Assembly (NCBI GenBank): GCA_021780615.1
Contig: JAJXYJ010000021.1
Coordinates: forward strand, 3,819-67,818
Length of the DNA: 64,000 bases
Origin: a bacterium
GTDB taxonomy: Bacteria > Patescibacteriota > Minisyncoccia > UBA6257 > JAGOQP01
Direction: 5' to 3'
Shown: positions 42,266 to 51,350 of the stretch, one piece after another
Layout: each line of letters starts with the position of its first letter
How positions within the stretch are numbered: the stretch's first letter is position 1
Notes under the pieces: model-generated
The model's input: the letters and a program-made list of their open reading frames with translations, nothing else
Databases searched by the model: none
Told to the model about the DNA's origin: nothing
Made by a program: the position numbers and the translations under genes

Positions 42266-43297
42266 ATGCGATTAGCAAAGCAGATAGTATATGGAACAGT
42301 GTTCCTCATCATTCTCGCGCTCATTGGCTACGGGTTGGTGAGGCTGTTGTATAATCCCGCGCCGTCGTGTTTTGACAATGTCCAAAATCAGGGCGAAACG
42401 GGCGTGGATTGCGGTGGGCCGTGTATCCCGTGCGCCATTAAAAGTCTTCAGCCAATCCAGGTGCAATCTCAAAAAGCATTTAAGGCGTCCGATGGCACTG
42501 GTGTTGCTGTAGAAATTTATAACCCTAATCCTGATTGGGGAGCGCAGTCATTTGATTATACCATCACCCTTAAGGATCAATTTGGTCATGCGTTGCAAAC
42601 AGAATCAGGAAAGTCCTTTATATACCCGGGGGAACTCAAATATATTATTGAGCCATATATTAAACAGGACGTTAGTACGGTCACCTCAGTTGCAACGCAA
42701 ATCACCAACCCTCAGTGGATCTCGGGGACTGTCTTTTCAAAACCAAATATTGATGCACAAGGTATTCGTACCGACAAGGATACGCAAGTCTATGTGAGTG
42801 GAAATGTGGTCAATCAATCAGAGTTTCCTTTTGCCTCCGTTGTTGTTGATGCGTTAGTATATAATCGTGATGGAGTATTAATAGCGGCGTCAAAAACAAC
42901 CATTGATGCTATTAAACAATTTAATTCGTCGCCATTTAAAATATCATTTGCACCGGAACTTTCTATATACCAGCCGCAAATCGCACCCAGTATTACCTTT
43001 AGCCGTACGTTTCAATTTGGTGACACGGGTAGTGATGTGAGTAGTTTGCAGGGTATCTTACGGGAATATGGGCTCATGACTACCGATCCGACTGGCTATT
43101 TTGATGATGCGACACGCCAGGCGCTCACACAGTTCCAACAACAGCATGGCATTGCGGCCTCCGGAGCATTTGATACATCCACGATGCAATACGTGCAAAA
43201 TCTTATCACCTCACAAACCCCTCAGCAGAATCAGCAAACAAAGGACACTAGTGTAGATCCTGTCCGCACGCGGGTATTTGTGGAAGCAGAGCACTAA
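42266..43297 (+). CDS. Membrane-anchored protein with a C-terminal peptidoglycan-binding domain
   Basis: It has an N-terminal TM anchor. The C-terminal FGDTGSDVSSLQGILREYGL...DDATRQALTQFQQQHGI matches the PG_binding_1 pattern. Confidence 0.6.
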   Translation: MRLAKQIVYGTVFLIILALIGYGLVRLLYNPAPSCFDNVQNQGETGVDCGGPCIPCAIKSLQPIQVQSQKAFKASDGTGVAVEIYNPNPDWGAQSFDYTITLKDQFGHALQTESGKSFIYPGELKYIIEPYIKQDVSTVTSVATQITNPQWISGTVFSKPNIDAQGIRTDKDTQVYVSGNVVNQSEFPFASVVVDALVYNRDGVLIAASKTTIDAIKQFNSSPFKISFAPELSIYQPQIAPSITFSRTFQFGDTGSDVSSLQGILREYGLMTTDPTGYFDDATRQALTQFQQQHGIAASGAFDTSTMQYVQNLITSQTPQQNQQTKDTSVDPVRTRVFVEAEH

Positions 43298-43366
43298 ACT
43301 CATTTTCGATTCCCGACATCGAAATTCGCGAGTGGTATGAAAAAAAGAGATGGTAGAATTCTCCGC

Positions 43367-43404
43367 CCCTTTCTTAAAGAAATTTGAGAAAGGGGCTTTT
43401 TTAT
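43367..43404 (+). terminator. Rho-independent terminator
   Basis: cccctttcttaaagaaatttgagaaaggggctttttt forms a hairpin with a T-run. Confidence 0.6.
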
Positions 43405-43425
43405 TGTACAATTGTCATATAGTTC

Positions 43426-43460
43426 GTTACTTGATTACTGATTACTGATTACTGATTACT
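43426..43460. repeat. Tandem heptamer (ttactga) x about 4.5
   Basis: The tract reads ttgattactgattactgattactgattact. A related agtaatc motif occurs at 9470..9560. Confidence 0.4.
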
Positions 43461-43478
43461 ATCTTTCGACTAACTATT

Positions 43479-45779
43479 ATGCATTCCGACTTCCTCAAAC
43501 CATACGACCATCTGCAAGAAAAAGACGTATACTCTTCCTGGGAAAAATCGGGCTATTTTTCACCAGAAAAGTTACAGACCTTAAAATCTAAATCCCCAAA
43601 GAAACCTTCTTCCATTGGAAATTGGAAATTGGAAATTGATAATTTTTGTATAGTCATGCCTCCCGCAAACGCCAATGGTTCCCTGCATGTGGGGCATGCG
43701 GTGATGGTGGCAGTAGAAGACCTTATGGTCCGTTACTGGCGGATGAGAGGTAAAAAAACATTGTGGCTGCCGGGTGCCGACCATGCCGGTTTTGAAACAC
43801 AGGTAGTTTTTGAAAAGAAATTAGAAAAAGAAGGCACCAGCCGTTTTGAAATACTCCAAAAGGAACATGGCCGGCAGGAACTCTATAAGCGTATTTGGGA
43901 TTTTACGCAAGAAAATAAATCGCACATGGAGCATCAGGTACGGCAGTTGGGGGCGTCGTGTGATTGGACGCGCGAAACATTTACGCTTGATCCGGCGGTG
44001 GTGAGCACGGTGTATGACACATTCAAAAAACTGTATGATGATGGGTTGGTGTACCGCGCCACGCGCATCGTCAATTGGTGTACCAAACACCAAACATCGC
44101 TTTCCGATTTGGAGGTTGCCTGGGAACAGCGCACCGACAAGTTGTATCTGGTGCAATACAAGCGTGCTGATGGACACGGACATATCACGGTGGCAACCAC
44201 GCGCCCCGAAACAATTCCGGGCGACGTGGCAATTGCCGTGCATCCGGACGATAAGCGATTTGCATCGTGGGTAGGAATGCAGGTTATAAATCCGATTACA
44301 GGCAATGCAATGCCGGTTATTGCCGATAAGGCGGTTGATAAGGATTTTGGCACCGGGGCCTTAAAAATTACACCTGCCCATGACCCGGTTGATTTTGAAG
44401 TGGGACAGCGGCACAAGCTGGAAGCTATAAAAACGATTGATTTTAACGGCAGATTCAACATGCTTGCCGGTCCATTCGCGGGCATGAAAGTTGCTGAAGC
44501 ACGGGAGGAGGCGGTAAAAATACTTGAAAAGAATGGCGCGCTTGAGCGCATGGAAGAGTATACGCACCAGGTGGGGGTTTGTTACAAATGCAAAAACACC
44601 ATTGAGCCCATGATTTTACCGCAATGGTTTATTGACCTAACCAGTCCCGCAGCAAAGAAAAAAATAGTACAGCCGGCAATCAATGCGGTAAAGAAAGGAA
44701 CGATAAAAATATTTCCCGCATTTCAGGAAAAGATATTTTTTCATTGGATGAATAATATCCGCGATTGGAATATTTCCCGGCAAATCGTGTGGGGGATACC
44801 AATTCCGGCTTGGTTTCGGAAAACCAAAGCCGGAATAATTTCCAATGATCAGTTTCCAATTTCCAATAAAGATGCAAAAGAAGAGGTTTATATTGGAAAA
44901 GAAAAGCCCAAAGGAGATGGGTGGATTCAGGAGACTGATGTGTTTGATACGTGGTTTTCATCGGGGCAGTGGCCATTTGCCACACTATTAGCTCAAGATG
45001 CCGCTCATTCAAAATTCGAAACTCAAAATTCGAAATTAAAGAGAAGCGATTTTAAGGAATTTTATCCGACAAGCGTTATGGAAACGGGATATGATATACT
45101 CTTTTTCTGGGTGGCGCGCATGATCATGCTGGGGCTGTATCGCACCGGCACGGTACCATTTAAAACCGTATATCTGCACGGCTTGGTGCGGGACAAGGAT
45201 AAGCAGAAGATGTCCAAATCGAAGGGCAATGTCGTCGATCCGCTGGGCGTAGTGGAGCAATACGGCGCCGATGCGCTGCGCATGGCGCTCATTGTGGGTA
45301 ATTCCGCAGGACAGGACGTGGCATACGACGAAGACAAAGTTCGCGGGTATCGGAATTTTTCAAACAAGCTGTGGAACATCGCCCGGTTTGTCATATCGCA
45401 TGCCGAGAAAGAGAGGGATGTAGAAAAAGTGACACTCACGCCCGAAGACAAAAAACTGCTCCTGCAATGTGCAGTAGTTAAAAAGAAAGTGGCCGTGAAT
45501 ATAGAAAAGTACCGATTTTCTCAGGCTGCCGAAGAGGCATATCATTACGTATGGCACACTTTTGCTGATAAAATTATTGAAAGCAAAAAAGAAATTTTAA
45601 ATAAAGAAGCTCCATCCATCACCGACGTTAAAAAACAGGTATCAGCCCGCCGAGCGCTCTATGAATTGCTTGTGCAATCAATTAGTATGTTGCACCCGTT
45701 TATGCCGTTTGTGACGGAGGGCATTTACCAGCGGCTTCCGGCAAAAGACAAAGATTTTTTGATGATTGAAGAGTGGTAG
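43479..45779 (+). CDS. valS: Valine--tRNA ligase, a short form lacking the C-terminal coiled-coil
   Basis: The HIGH region reads PPANANGSLHVGHA and the KMSKS motif reads KMSKSKGNVVDP. PGADHAGFETQ is typical of ValRS. Confidence 0.9.
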   Translation: MHSDFLKPYDHLQEKDVYSSWEKSGYFSPEKLQTLKSKSPKKPSSIGNWKLEIDNFCIVMPPANANGSLHVGHAVMVAVEDLMVRYWRMRGKKTLWLPGADHAGFETQVVFEKKLEKEGTSRFEILQKEHGRQELYKRIWDFTQENKSHMEHQVRQLGASCDWTRETFTLDPAVVSTVYDTFKKLYDDGLVYRATRIVNWCTKHQTSLSDLEVAWEQRTDKLYLVQYKRADGHGHITVATTRPETIPGDVAIAVHPDDKRFASWVGMQVINPITGNAMPVIADKAVDKDFGTGALKITPAHDPVDFEVGQRHKLEAIKTIDFNGRFNMLAGPFAGMKVAEAREEAVKILEKNGALERMEEYTHQVGVCYKCKNTIEPMILPQWFIDLTSPAAKKKIVQPAINAVKKGTIKIFPAFQEKIFFHWMNNIRDWNISRQIVWGIPIPAWFRKTKAGIISNDQFPISNKDAKEEVYIGKEKPKGDGWIQETDVFDTWFSSGQWPFATLLAQDAAHSKFETQNSKLKRSDFKEFYPTSVMETGYDILFFWVARMIMLGLYRTGTVPFKTVYLHGLVRDKDKQKMSKSKGNVVDPLGVVEQYGADALRMALIVGNSAGQDVAYDEDKVRGYRNFSNKLWNIARFVISHAEKERDVEKVTLTPEDKKLLLQCAVVKKKVAVNIEKYRFSQAAEEAYHYVWHTFADKIIESKKEILNKEAPSITDVKKQVSARRALYELLVQSISMLHPFMPFVTEGIYQRLPAKDKDFLMIEEW

Positions 45780-45793
45780 CAGTATTACCCTAT

Positions 45794-45821
45794 AACCACC
45801 GAATAGGTGGTTGTGTTTTTT
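45794..45821 (+). terminator. Rho-independent terminator
   Basis: aaccaccgaataggtggttgtgtttttt forms a hairpin with a T-run. Confidence 0.65.
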
Positions 45822-45895
45822 AAGTGAAAGGAATATGGTAAATGTCTGAATTGCTCTCACTATAATTACATATACATAATATATAGGAGGTTTTT

Positions 45896-46114
45896 ATGTT
45901 AGATGATTTATTTGAGGAAGTTTTTGGATATCAGGGGAATGATTTGTCTGACGACAAAAAGTTTAATGTTCTTGAAAAAAGAGCATATGAACTAGGGGAT
46001 GGTGAGTTGATCCACCGCTTGAGCGATATAAAGAACTCAGATCGTATTTCTCTGTCTTTGAAGACAGGCGTGGACTTTGAGGATTCCATGTTTTTTTCAC
46101 GCTCTTTTATATGA
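45896..46114 (+). CDS. Hypothetical small acidic protein (72 aa)
   Basis: A strong ribosome-binding site, TAGGAGGT, lies 7 nt upstream of the ATG. Its own terminator follows. Confidence 0.45.
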   Translation: MLDDLFEEVFGYQGNDLSDDKKFNVLEKRAYELGDGELIHRLSDIKNSDRISLSLKTGVDFEDSMFFSRSFI

Positions 46115-46121
46115 ACGTTTT

Positions 46122-46145
46122 GCCGGCTACAAGCCGGCATTTTTA
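46122..46145 (+). terminator. Rho-independent terminator
   Basis: gccggctacaagccggcattttt forms a hairpin with a T-run. Confidence 0.65.
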
Positions 46146-46202
46146 TGCATTGCCTCGCATATATGGCTGTGATATGATGTATGTACTGATATAAGATTCT
46201 AT

Positions 46203-46817
46203 ATGAAATCAAATTCTTTTGAAAAACAGAAAGGGGAAGATGGACAAGGGGAAGAAAAAAACAATGCTCAAAAAAGCGTTGAATTAAGCGGTCTTGAGGT
46301 TACGCCACAAGGCAGAATTCAGAACGTTGACCATTTTTTCCTTCATTATGTTCATGAGGACGAGAAAGCTATTAGAGAAAGCAAGGAATGGAAAGAGGCA
46401 GTACAAGATCTTTTGGATAGAAAACTTAGCGATGTGAATATTGAGATGGATGAAGGGGTTCGTGCGGCAATCATGGATCCGGAAGGGTATAAGAGAGAAT
46501 TCGCGAATTATTGGGATGGTAAAAAAGCGGAAGAAGTTTTGGATATCACGGAGGGAGAAAGGAGCCGCTACGAGGCGGTGTATGCATCTCTTTCAACCGC
46601 GCAGGAGGGGATTGAAAGAGAGTTATTAAATGAGACAAAAACAAACGATGGTGCCGCCGATAAAATAATTGAAGCGGAATTTGTAAAGGCATTGCGGCTT
46701 GTACAAATGGCTAAAAAAAATATTCTTGAAATAGAGGAGTTTTTGGATAATAAAAAAAATGAAATTCTTTTTAGCGGTACATTTGGAACAGGGGAATTAG
46801 AACATGAAGGCAATTAA
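46203..46817 (+). CDS. Hypothetical acidic protein (204 aa)
   Basis: It is an ORF only. It overlaps the murD start by 14 nt. Confidence 0.45.
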   Translation: MKSNSFEKQKGEDGQGEEKNNAQKSVELSGLEVTPQGRIQNVDHFFLHYVHEDEKAIRESKEWKEAVQDLLDRKLSDVNIEMDEGVRAAIMDPEGYKREFANYWDGKKAEEVLDITEGERSRYEAVYASLSTAQEGIERELLNETKTNDGAADKIIEAEFVKALRLVQMAKKNILEIEEFLDNKKNEILFSGTFGTGELEHEGN

Positions 46818-48273
46818 AAGGCTTGGGGCGCTTACGGGCAAAAAAATATTACTTGTCGGTTTGGGGCGATTGGGAGGGGGTGTGGCAGCCGCCCGTTTTT
46901 TTGCCAGTCGTGGCGCCCAGTTGACCGTTACTGATCAGCTTTCTGTTGATAATCTTGCTGTATCACTGCGCACATTGAAAAAATATCGCATCATCTACAC
47001 ATTAGGCAGGCATGATAAAAAAGATTTTGTAGGCAAGGATATGATTGTGTTTAACCAAGCGGTGTCCGCCACAAGCCCATGGGTTTCCTACGCCCGCAGG
47101 CATTGCAAGGAAGTGTATAACGATCTCACGTTCTTTCTTTCATGGCTATCGAATTATCCCGGCGTAGCATATGTTGGTGTGACGGGAACGCGTGGTAAAA
47201 CCACGGTAACCACATGGATTGGGCATTTATTAAAGCCATCCATTGTTGGAGGGAACATGCCTCATAATGGACTCTATACCATTATAGAAAAAATCGAAAA
47301 AAATAACTTATTCTCACGTTCTCAAGAACATAAGAATAAGAAAAAGTGCGTTCAAAAACCTATTGTTTTGGAACTGTCGTCATTTCAGCTTGAGTATGTA
47401 TTGGGTGCAGCTAAAGCTCCACACGTAGCGGTAATCACTAACCTTTCGCAAGATCATTTAAACAGGCATGGAACCATGGAAGAGTATGCTCGCGTTAAAG
47501 GCCTCATATTTAAAAATCAAAAATCATCCGATGTTTTAGTGCTTAATGCCGATACTGCGTACGTGAAAAACTTTCTTGCTATGAAACCGCGGGGAAAAGT
47601 TATTTTCTTTTCGCTCAAACAACTTCCCGCATCATCCGATGGGTTGTATGCACACAAAGGACGTATATATAACAAGGAAGGGAATGTTAAAACATTCATT
47701 GCTCCCATGCCATACATCGCGGAACATGATCAACGGAATTTTCTTGCTACAATCGCCGCGGTACATGCATATGGTGCACCATGGGATGCTGTGTTGCGTC
47801 GCGCACGTACCCTGCCCACCATTCCATTTCGGCAACAAGTAGTATATCAAGATAAAAAGGTGACTATTATCAATGATTCTGCCGCAACGAGTCCCGAGGG
47901 GGCTATTGCCGCCCTGCGGGCGTTGGCATCACATGCCCGTAGTCTTGCATTCATATGCGGGGGGACCGATAAACAGCTGGATATGATGCCGCTTGCTTAT
48001 GAACTCAAAAAAATACTCCCTATTAAAAACCTATTTCTTTTGGAGGGAAGTGCAACCAAAAAACTTTTTGTTGATATGAAGCGTGTGGGCTATGGCAAAA
48101 AGACTCAGCCTGCAATATATGACAATCTTGAGGATATTATTACCGCCATCAAAAAACATAAAAAATTTACGCATATAATACTTTCTCCGGGAGCCGCAAG
48201 CTTTGAAAAATTTAAAAATGAATTTGATCGGGGTAGAAAGTTTAATGCCTTCATAAAGGCTCAGTGGGGATAG
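46804..48273 (+). CDS. murD: UDP-N-acetylmuramoylalanine--D-glutamate ligase (Mur ligase family)
   Basis: It has an N-terminal Rossmann motif (GLGRLGG), the ATP-binding motif GVTGTRGKTT and a Mur ligase central and C-terminal layout. Confidence 0.75.
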   Translation: MKAIKRLGALTGKKILLVGLGRLGGGVAAARFFASRGAQLTVTDQLSVDNLAVSLRTLKKYRIIYTLGRHDKKDFVGKDMIVFNQAVSATSPWVSYARRHCKEVYNDLTFFLSWLSNYPGVAYVGVTGTRGKTTVTTWIGHLLKPSIVGGNMPHNGLYTIIEKIEKNNLFSRSQEHKNKKKCVQKPIVLELSSFQLEYVLGAAKAPHVAVITNLSQDHLNRHGTMEEYARVKGLIFKNQKSSDVLVLNADTAYVKNFLAMKPRGKVIFFSLKQLPASSDGLYAHKGRIYNKEGNVKTFIAPMPYIAEHDQRNFLATIAAVHAYGAPWDAVLRRARTLPTIPFRQQVVYQDKKVTIINDSAATSPEGAIAALRALASHARSLAFICGGTDKQLDMMPLAYELKKILPIKNLFLLEGSATKKLFVDMKRVGYGKKTQPAIYDNLEDIITAIKKHKKFTHIILSPGAASFEKFKNEFDRGRKFNAFIKAQWG

Positions 48274-48332
48274 ATAAATAAATAGTGGATCGGTGTACGG
48301 GGATGCATTGTCAGCCGTGAATATGATAGTAT

Positions 48333-49076
48333 GTGCATATGAGTTGGATATTTGCGGTCGTCCTGGGCTTTATTCCGGGGCTCATATGGCTCTTTTTCTT
48401 TCTTCGGGAGGATATTCACCCAGAGCCAAGAAAAATGCTTGGATTAGCATTTTTATTTGGTGGTATTTCGTCTATTGCGGCACTTATTATTGAGGCGGCG
48501 GCTGCGCCGATGCTCAATAACACGCTCATTACACTACCTCATATTATCAATAGTAATATCAGTGAATATCTTGGGTTTGCCATCGTAGAAGAGGTGGTAA
48601 AATTTTTCTTTATCTATCTTCTGGTTCGCAAGAGTCCTTATTTTGACGAACCGATTGATGCGATGATTTATTTAATCACGGGCGCTCTTGGATTTGCTAC
48701 CGTGGAAAATGTACTCATTGCACTTTCGGGCGGCGGCACACAGATTTTTGGCACTCTATTGAGTCGTTTTATCGGTGCAACACTTCTCCATGCGCTCACT
48801 GCCGGACTTATCGGACACTTTTGGGCGCGGGGAATTAAATTCAAAATGGAAGGCCGTTTTGTGTTTGGGGGATTAGTTATGGCGTCGCTATTTCATGCAA
48901 CGTTCAATATTCTCGTGGTCCAATTTAGTGATATTCTCATTTACCCCACGGTCTTTTTAGGACTTATCGGATTTTTTGTTTTGTATGATTTTCAAGACTT
49001 ACGAAAAATAGAAGAAATAGAAGAAAAGGCAAAAGAACAACAAACGACTCCCTACGTTAGAGAGGATGTGGTATGA
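48333..49076 (+). CDS. PrsW-like intramembrane metalloprotease family protein
   Basis: It is a polytopic membrane protein with an EEVVKF glutamate pair and a C-terminal FHATFN histidine motif. The family call is from pattern memory. Confidence 0.55.
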   Translation: MHMSWIFAVVLGFIPGLIWLFFFLREDIHPEPRKMLGLAFLFGGISSIAALIIEAAAAPMLNNTLITLPHIINSNISEYLGFAIVEEVVKFFFIYLLVRKSPYFDEPIDAMIYLITGALGFATVENVLIALSGGGTQIFGTLLSRFIGATLLHALTAGLIGHFWARGIKFKMEGRFVFGGLVMASLFHATFNILVVQFSDILIYPTVFLGLIGFFVLYDFQDLRKIEEIEEKAKEQQTTPYVREDVV

Positions 49077-49141
49077 GGTCTTTTTGCCTTGCTTTTTATT
49101 TTTTTTAAAAAGAGGTATACTAATAAAAATAACAAACACGT

Positions 49142-49660
49142 ATGAACGGAGATAATAAAGATTTTTTTGAACAACTTGCAGGAATACGTTCGGACTCCAT
49201 GGGGGGTGAATCAGCTCCTCTTGAAGCTGATTTAGTTCGTGCAAACAAAGTCGCCCCAGTCGATGAAGACGAGGAAGAGGCGCTCGTTGAAACTAATAAA
49301 GGAGCGGGTGATACGGAGTTTGACGATGCCGAAGGTCATTTGACTGTTGATGTGTATCAAACGGCAGAAAATATTGTTATTGAATCAACGATTGCTGGCG
49401 TCGGACCTGACGACATTGATGTGGCAATCACCGCAGAATCGGTTATTATCAAGGGCAAGCGAGAGCGCAAAGAGCGTGTACGTAAGAGTGATTTTTTGCA
49501 TGAAGAATGCTTTTGGGGCAAGTTCTCCCGCTCCATTATTTTGCCGCAAGAAATTGATCCCGATAATGCTCAGGCATCACTTAAAAACGGTGTATTAAAA
49601 ATTGTACTCCCTAAAATTCATCGCAGTCAGGGCAAAAAGATTAAGGTGAAATTAGACTAA
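49142..49660 (+). CDS. Hsp20/alpha-crystallin family small heat-shock protein
   Basis: The alpha-crystallin domain pattern is present: LTVDVYQT...GKFSRSIILPQEIDPDNAQASLKNGVLKIVLPK. Confidence 0.85.
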   Translation: MNGDNKDFFEQLAGIRSDSMGGESAPLEADLVRANKVAPVDEDEEEALVETNKGAGDTEFDDAEGHLTVDVYQTAENIVIESTIAGVGPDDIDVAITAESVIIKGKRERKERVRKSDFLHEECFWGKFSRSIILPQEIDPDNAQASLKNGVLKIVLPKIHRSQGKKIKVKLD

Positions 49661-49692
49661 TACAGTTATAAAGTTGAAAGTTATAAAGAAAA

Positions 49693-49718
49693 AACGGCTT
49701 GAAATAAGGCCGTTTTTG
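49693..49718 (+). terminator. Rho-independent terminator
   Basis: aacggcttgaaataaggccgttttt forms a hairpin with a T-run. Confidence 0.65.
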
Positions 49719-49809
49719 TATTGACATATATTTCTATTCATGATATAATACATCAACATAGTCAAGGTGATTATGGAGTACATAATAATTTAATATTTGG
49801 AGGTATGCG

Positions 49810-50463
49810 ATGAAAAATCGTAAGCTATCAGTGCATGTAGAACATGAGCTTTTATTAAAGCTTGAATCTGCTGGTTTAAATGATGACTTGGCACAAAGAA
49901 TCATTGAGTCGAAAGGAAACAAAATTGCAAAGCAGATGATTGGAATTATCTTACCAGAATCGGCCACAGATGAACGCTTTGAATTTGTAAAAGAGTTCAA
50001 ATTCACTGTTCCGACTGATTATGACCATGCGACACAGCTGGCAACATTTGCCAAAGCACATAAAAAAGGATTTTATTACTACAACGACGATATTACCGAT
50101 ACCAATTTTGCCAAAGCGACCAATAAACTGGTTCCCGGCAAAACATATACGGTAAAAATCTTCGGCATTAAACAAACATTTCAGTCACAGGACGGCTTGG
50201 ATCTCATTGCTTCACAGAAAGGGATCCTTGCCGGTGCACAGGGTGCAAGCTTAGTATATCAACTTGCAAAAGACGAACTCCCCAAAGGCAAATGGTATAT
50301 ATCATTTGATGAAAAGAATGCCCTTTGGGTCGACTCCGATGGCTTCCACCGCGTTCCGTACGTGGGTCGCAGCTCGGACGGCGGTTTCGGGTTCTACCTC
50401 GGCTACTTCGGGAATGAGTGGGGTTCTGATGACTGTGTCTTGTGTTTCTGCGACTCTGAGTAG
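49810..50463 (+). CDS. DGR target protein, with the variable region at the C-terminus and no signal peptide
   Basis: The last 41 codons correspond to the variable repeat (VR). Confidence 0.75.
   Translation: MKNRKLSVHVEHELLLKLESAGLNDDLAQRIIESKGNKIAKQMIGIILPESATDERFEFVKEFKFTVPTDYDHATQLATFAKAHKKGFYYYNDDITDTNFAKATNKLVPGKTYTVKIFGIKQTFQSQDGLDLIASQKGILAGAQGASLVYQLAKDELPKGKWYISFDEKNALWVDSDGFHRVPYVGRSSDGGFGFYLGYFGNEWGSDDCVLCFCDSE
50334..50456 (+). repeat. DGR variable repeat (VR)
   Basis: It is 123 nt, homologous to the template repeat at 50828..50950, with 18 differences. Sixteen of those fall at positions where the template repeat has A, changed to T or G in the VR. Confidence 0.8.
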
Positions 50464-50514
50464 TACTTTGGATCTTTGGTTCTTAACGATTGCGCTAAGA
50501 CCCTTAGATCCTTT

Positions 50515-50537
50515 TAGCCCTTGCAAAGCAAGGGCTA
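50515..50537 (+). promoter_or_regulatory. GC-rich hairpin downstream of the VR, in the position of the DGR homing hairpin
   Basis: tagcccttgcaaagcaagggcta has a 10-bp stem and a 3-nt loop, about 55 nt after the end of the VR. Confidence 0.5.
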
Positions 50538-50827
50538 AATTTTATATAGTGACTATGGATAGTAGATGAGATCATGCGGCTACTTCCTGCCTGCCGGCAG
50601 GCAGGGCTTCATGACGTCGAATTCTCGTAAAAGATTCTTGTCAGTAGTTCGTCGGATTGTTCGCTTGTAGCGGGTATATCTTACGGGCGTGCACATCCTT
50701 TATACGAAAAAATCACAGAGTCGGTGCGATATATGAGGGAGTACATAAAACTCCGCAAACTATTCAAGAAGTGACCGGCGTTACTTCTGGTGTCAGGGAA
50801 CATACATCGTACGCTAATGGCACGGCA

Positions 50828-50950
50828 CTCCGATGGCAACCACCGCGTTCCGAACGTGAATCACAACTCGGACGGCGACTTCAAGTTCAACCTCGGCAAC
50901 TTCGAGAATGAGTGGAATTCTGATAACTGTGTCTTGTGTTTCTGCTACTC
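50828..50950 (+). repeat. DGR template repeat (TR)
   Basis: In the target frame it carries 8 AAC (Asn) codons plus AAT, AAG and GAG at the positions that vary in the VR. A hairpin with a T-run follows at 50960..50990. Confidence 0.8.
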
Positions 50951-50966
50951 GTCTGATTTCTCCCGT

Positions 50967-51350
50967 TTATTGAGCGGGAGTTTTATTTTCTATCTGTCGC
51001 TTCCATCCTCCTAACATACGTCCTACTTCATCAAGTGATAACATGAGCACGCCGTAATGTTTGTTGTCTAAAATTTCATGTTCCCATGCGATTTGCAAAA
51101 GAAATTTCAATAAATCGCTGTTGGCGATAGACGAGGAGACAAAAGATAGTTTTTCAAGCTTATTTGAAGCGAAACTTGTACGAAATAGGTGTTCAAGAAA
51201 TACTAAAAACACATCATCAATTCGTATCCCTATGGTGTATCGATCAATTCGCTTTACATGTATAAGTATCTCATGCCACACTTTGTAGGTGTTTTTTGCC
51301 TTCATAAGCACAAGCGGTGCTTGTGCGGGGGGGGGGAGTAAAATTTTCAT
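50967..51350 (-). CDS. avd: Avd-like accessory protein (four-helix bundle), start uncertain
   Basis: The C-terminus, SLDEVGRMLGGWKRQIENK, resembles the Avd / 23S rRNA IVS protein family. Possible starts are at 51350 (abutting the reverse transcriptase ATG) or at 51305. Confidence 0.5.
   Translation of the reverse strand: MKILLPPPAQAPLVLMKAKNTYKVWHEILIHVKRIDRYTIGIRIDDVFLVFLEHLFRTSFASNKLEKLSFVSSSIANSDLLKFLLQIAWEHEILDNKHYGVLMLSLDEVGRMLGGWKRQIENKTPAQ

Noticed and set aside
43426-43460. CRISPR array suggested by the tandem ttactga repeats
   Set aside because: The units are 7 nt with no spacers. This is a simple microsatellite, not a CRISPR array. No cas genes are present.
50790-51014. 74-aa ORF in the six-frame track (MSGNIHRTLMARHSDGNHRVPNVNHNSDG...)
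   Set aside because: It is the conceptual translation of the DGR template repeat, which is paralogous to the target C-terminus. The TR acts as RNA and is not a protein-coding gene.
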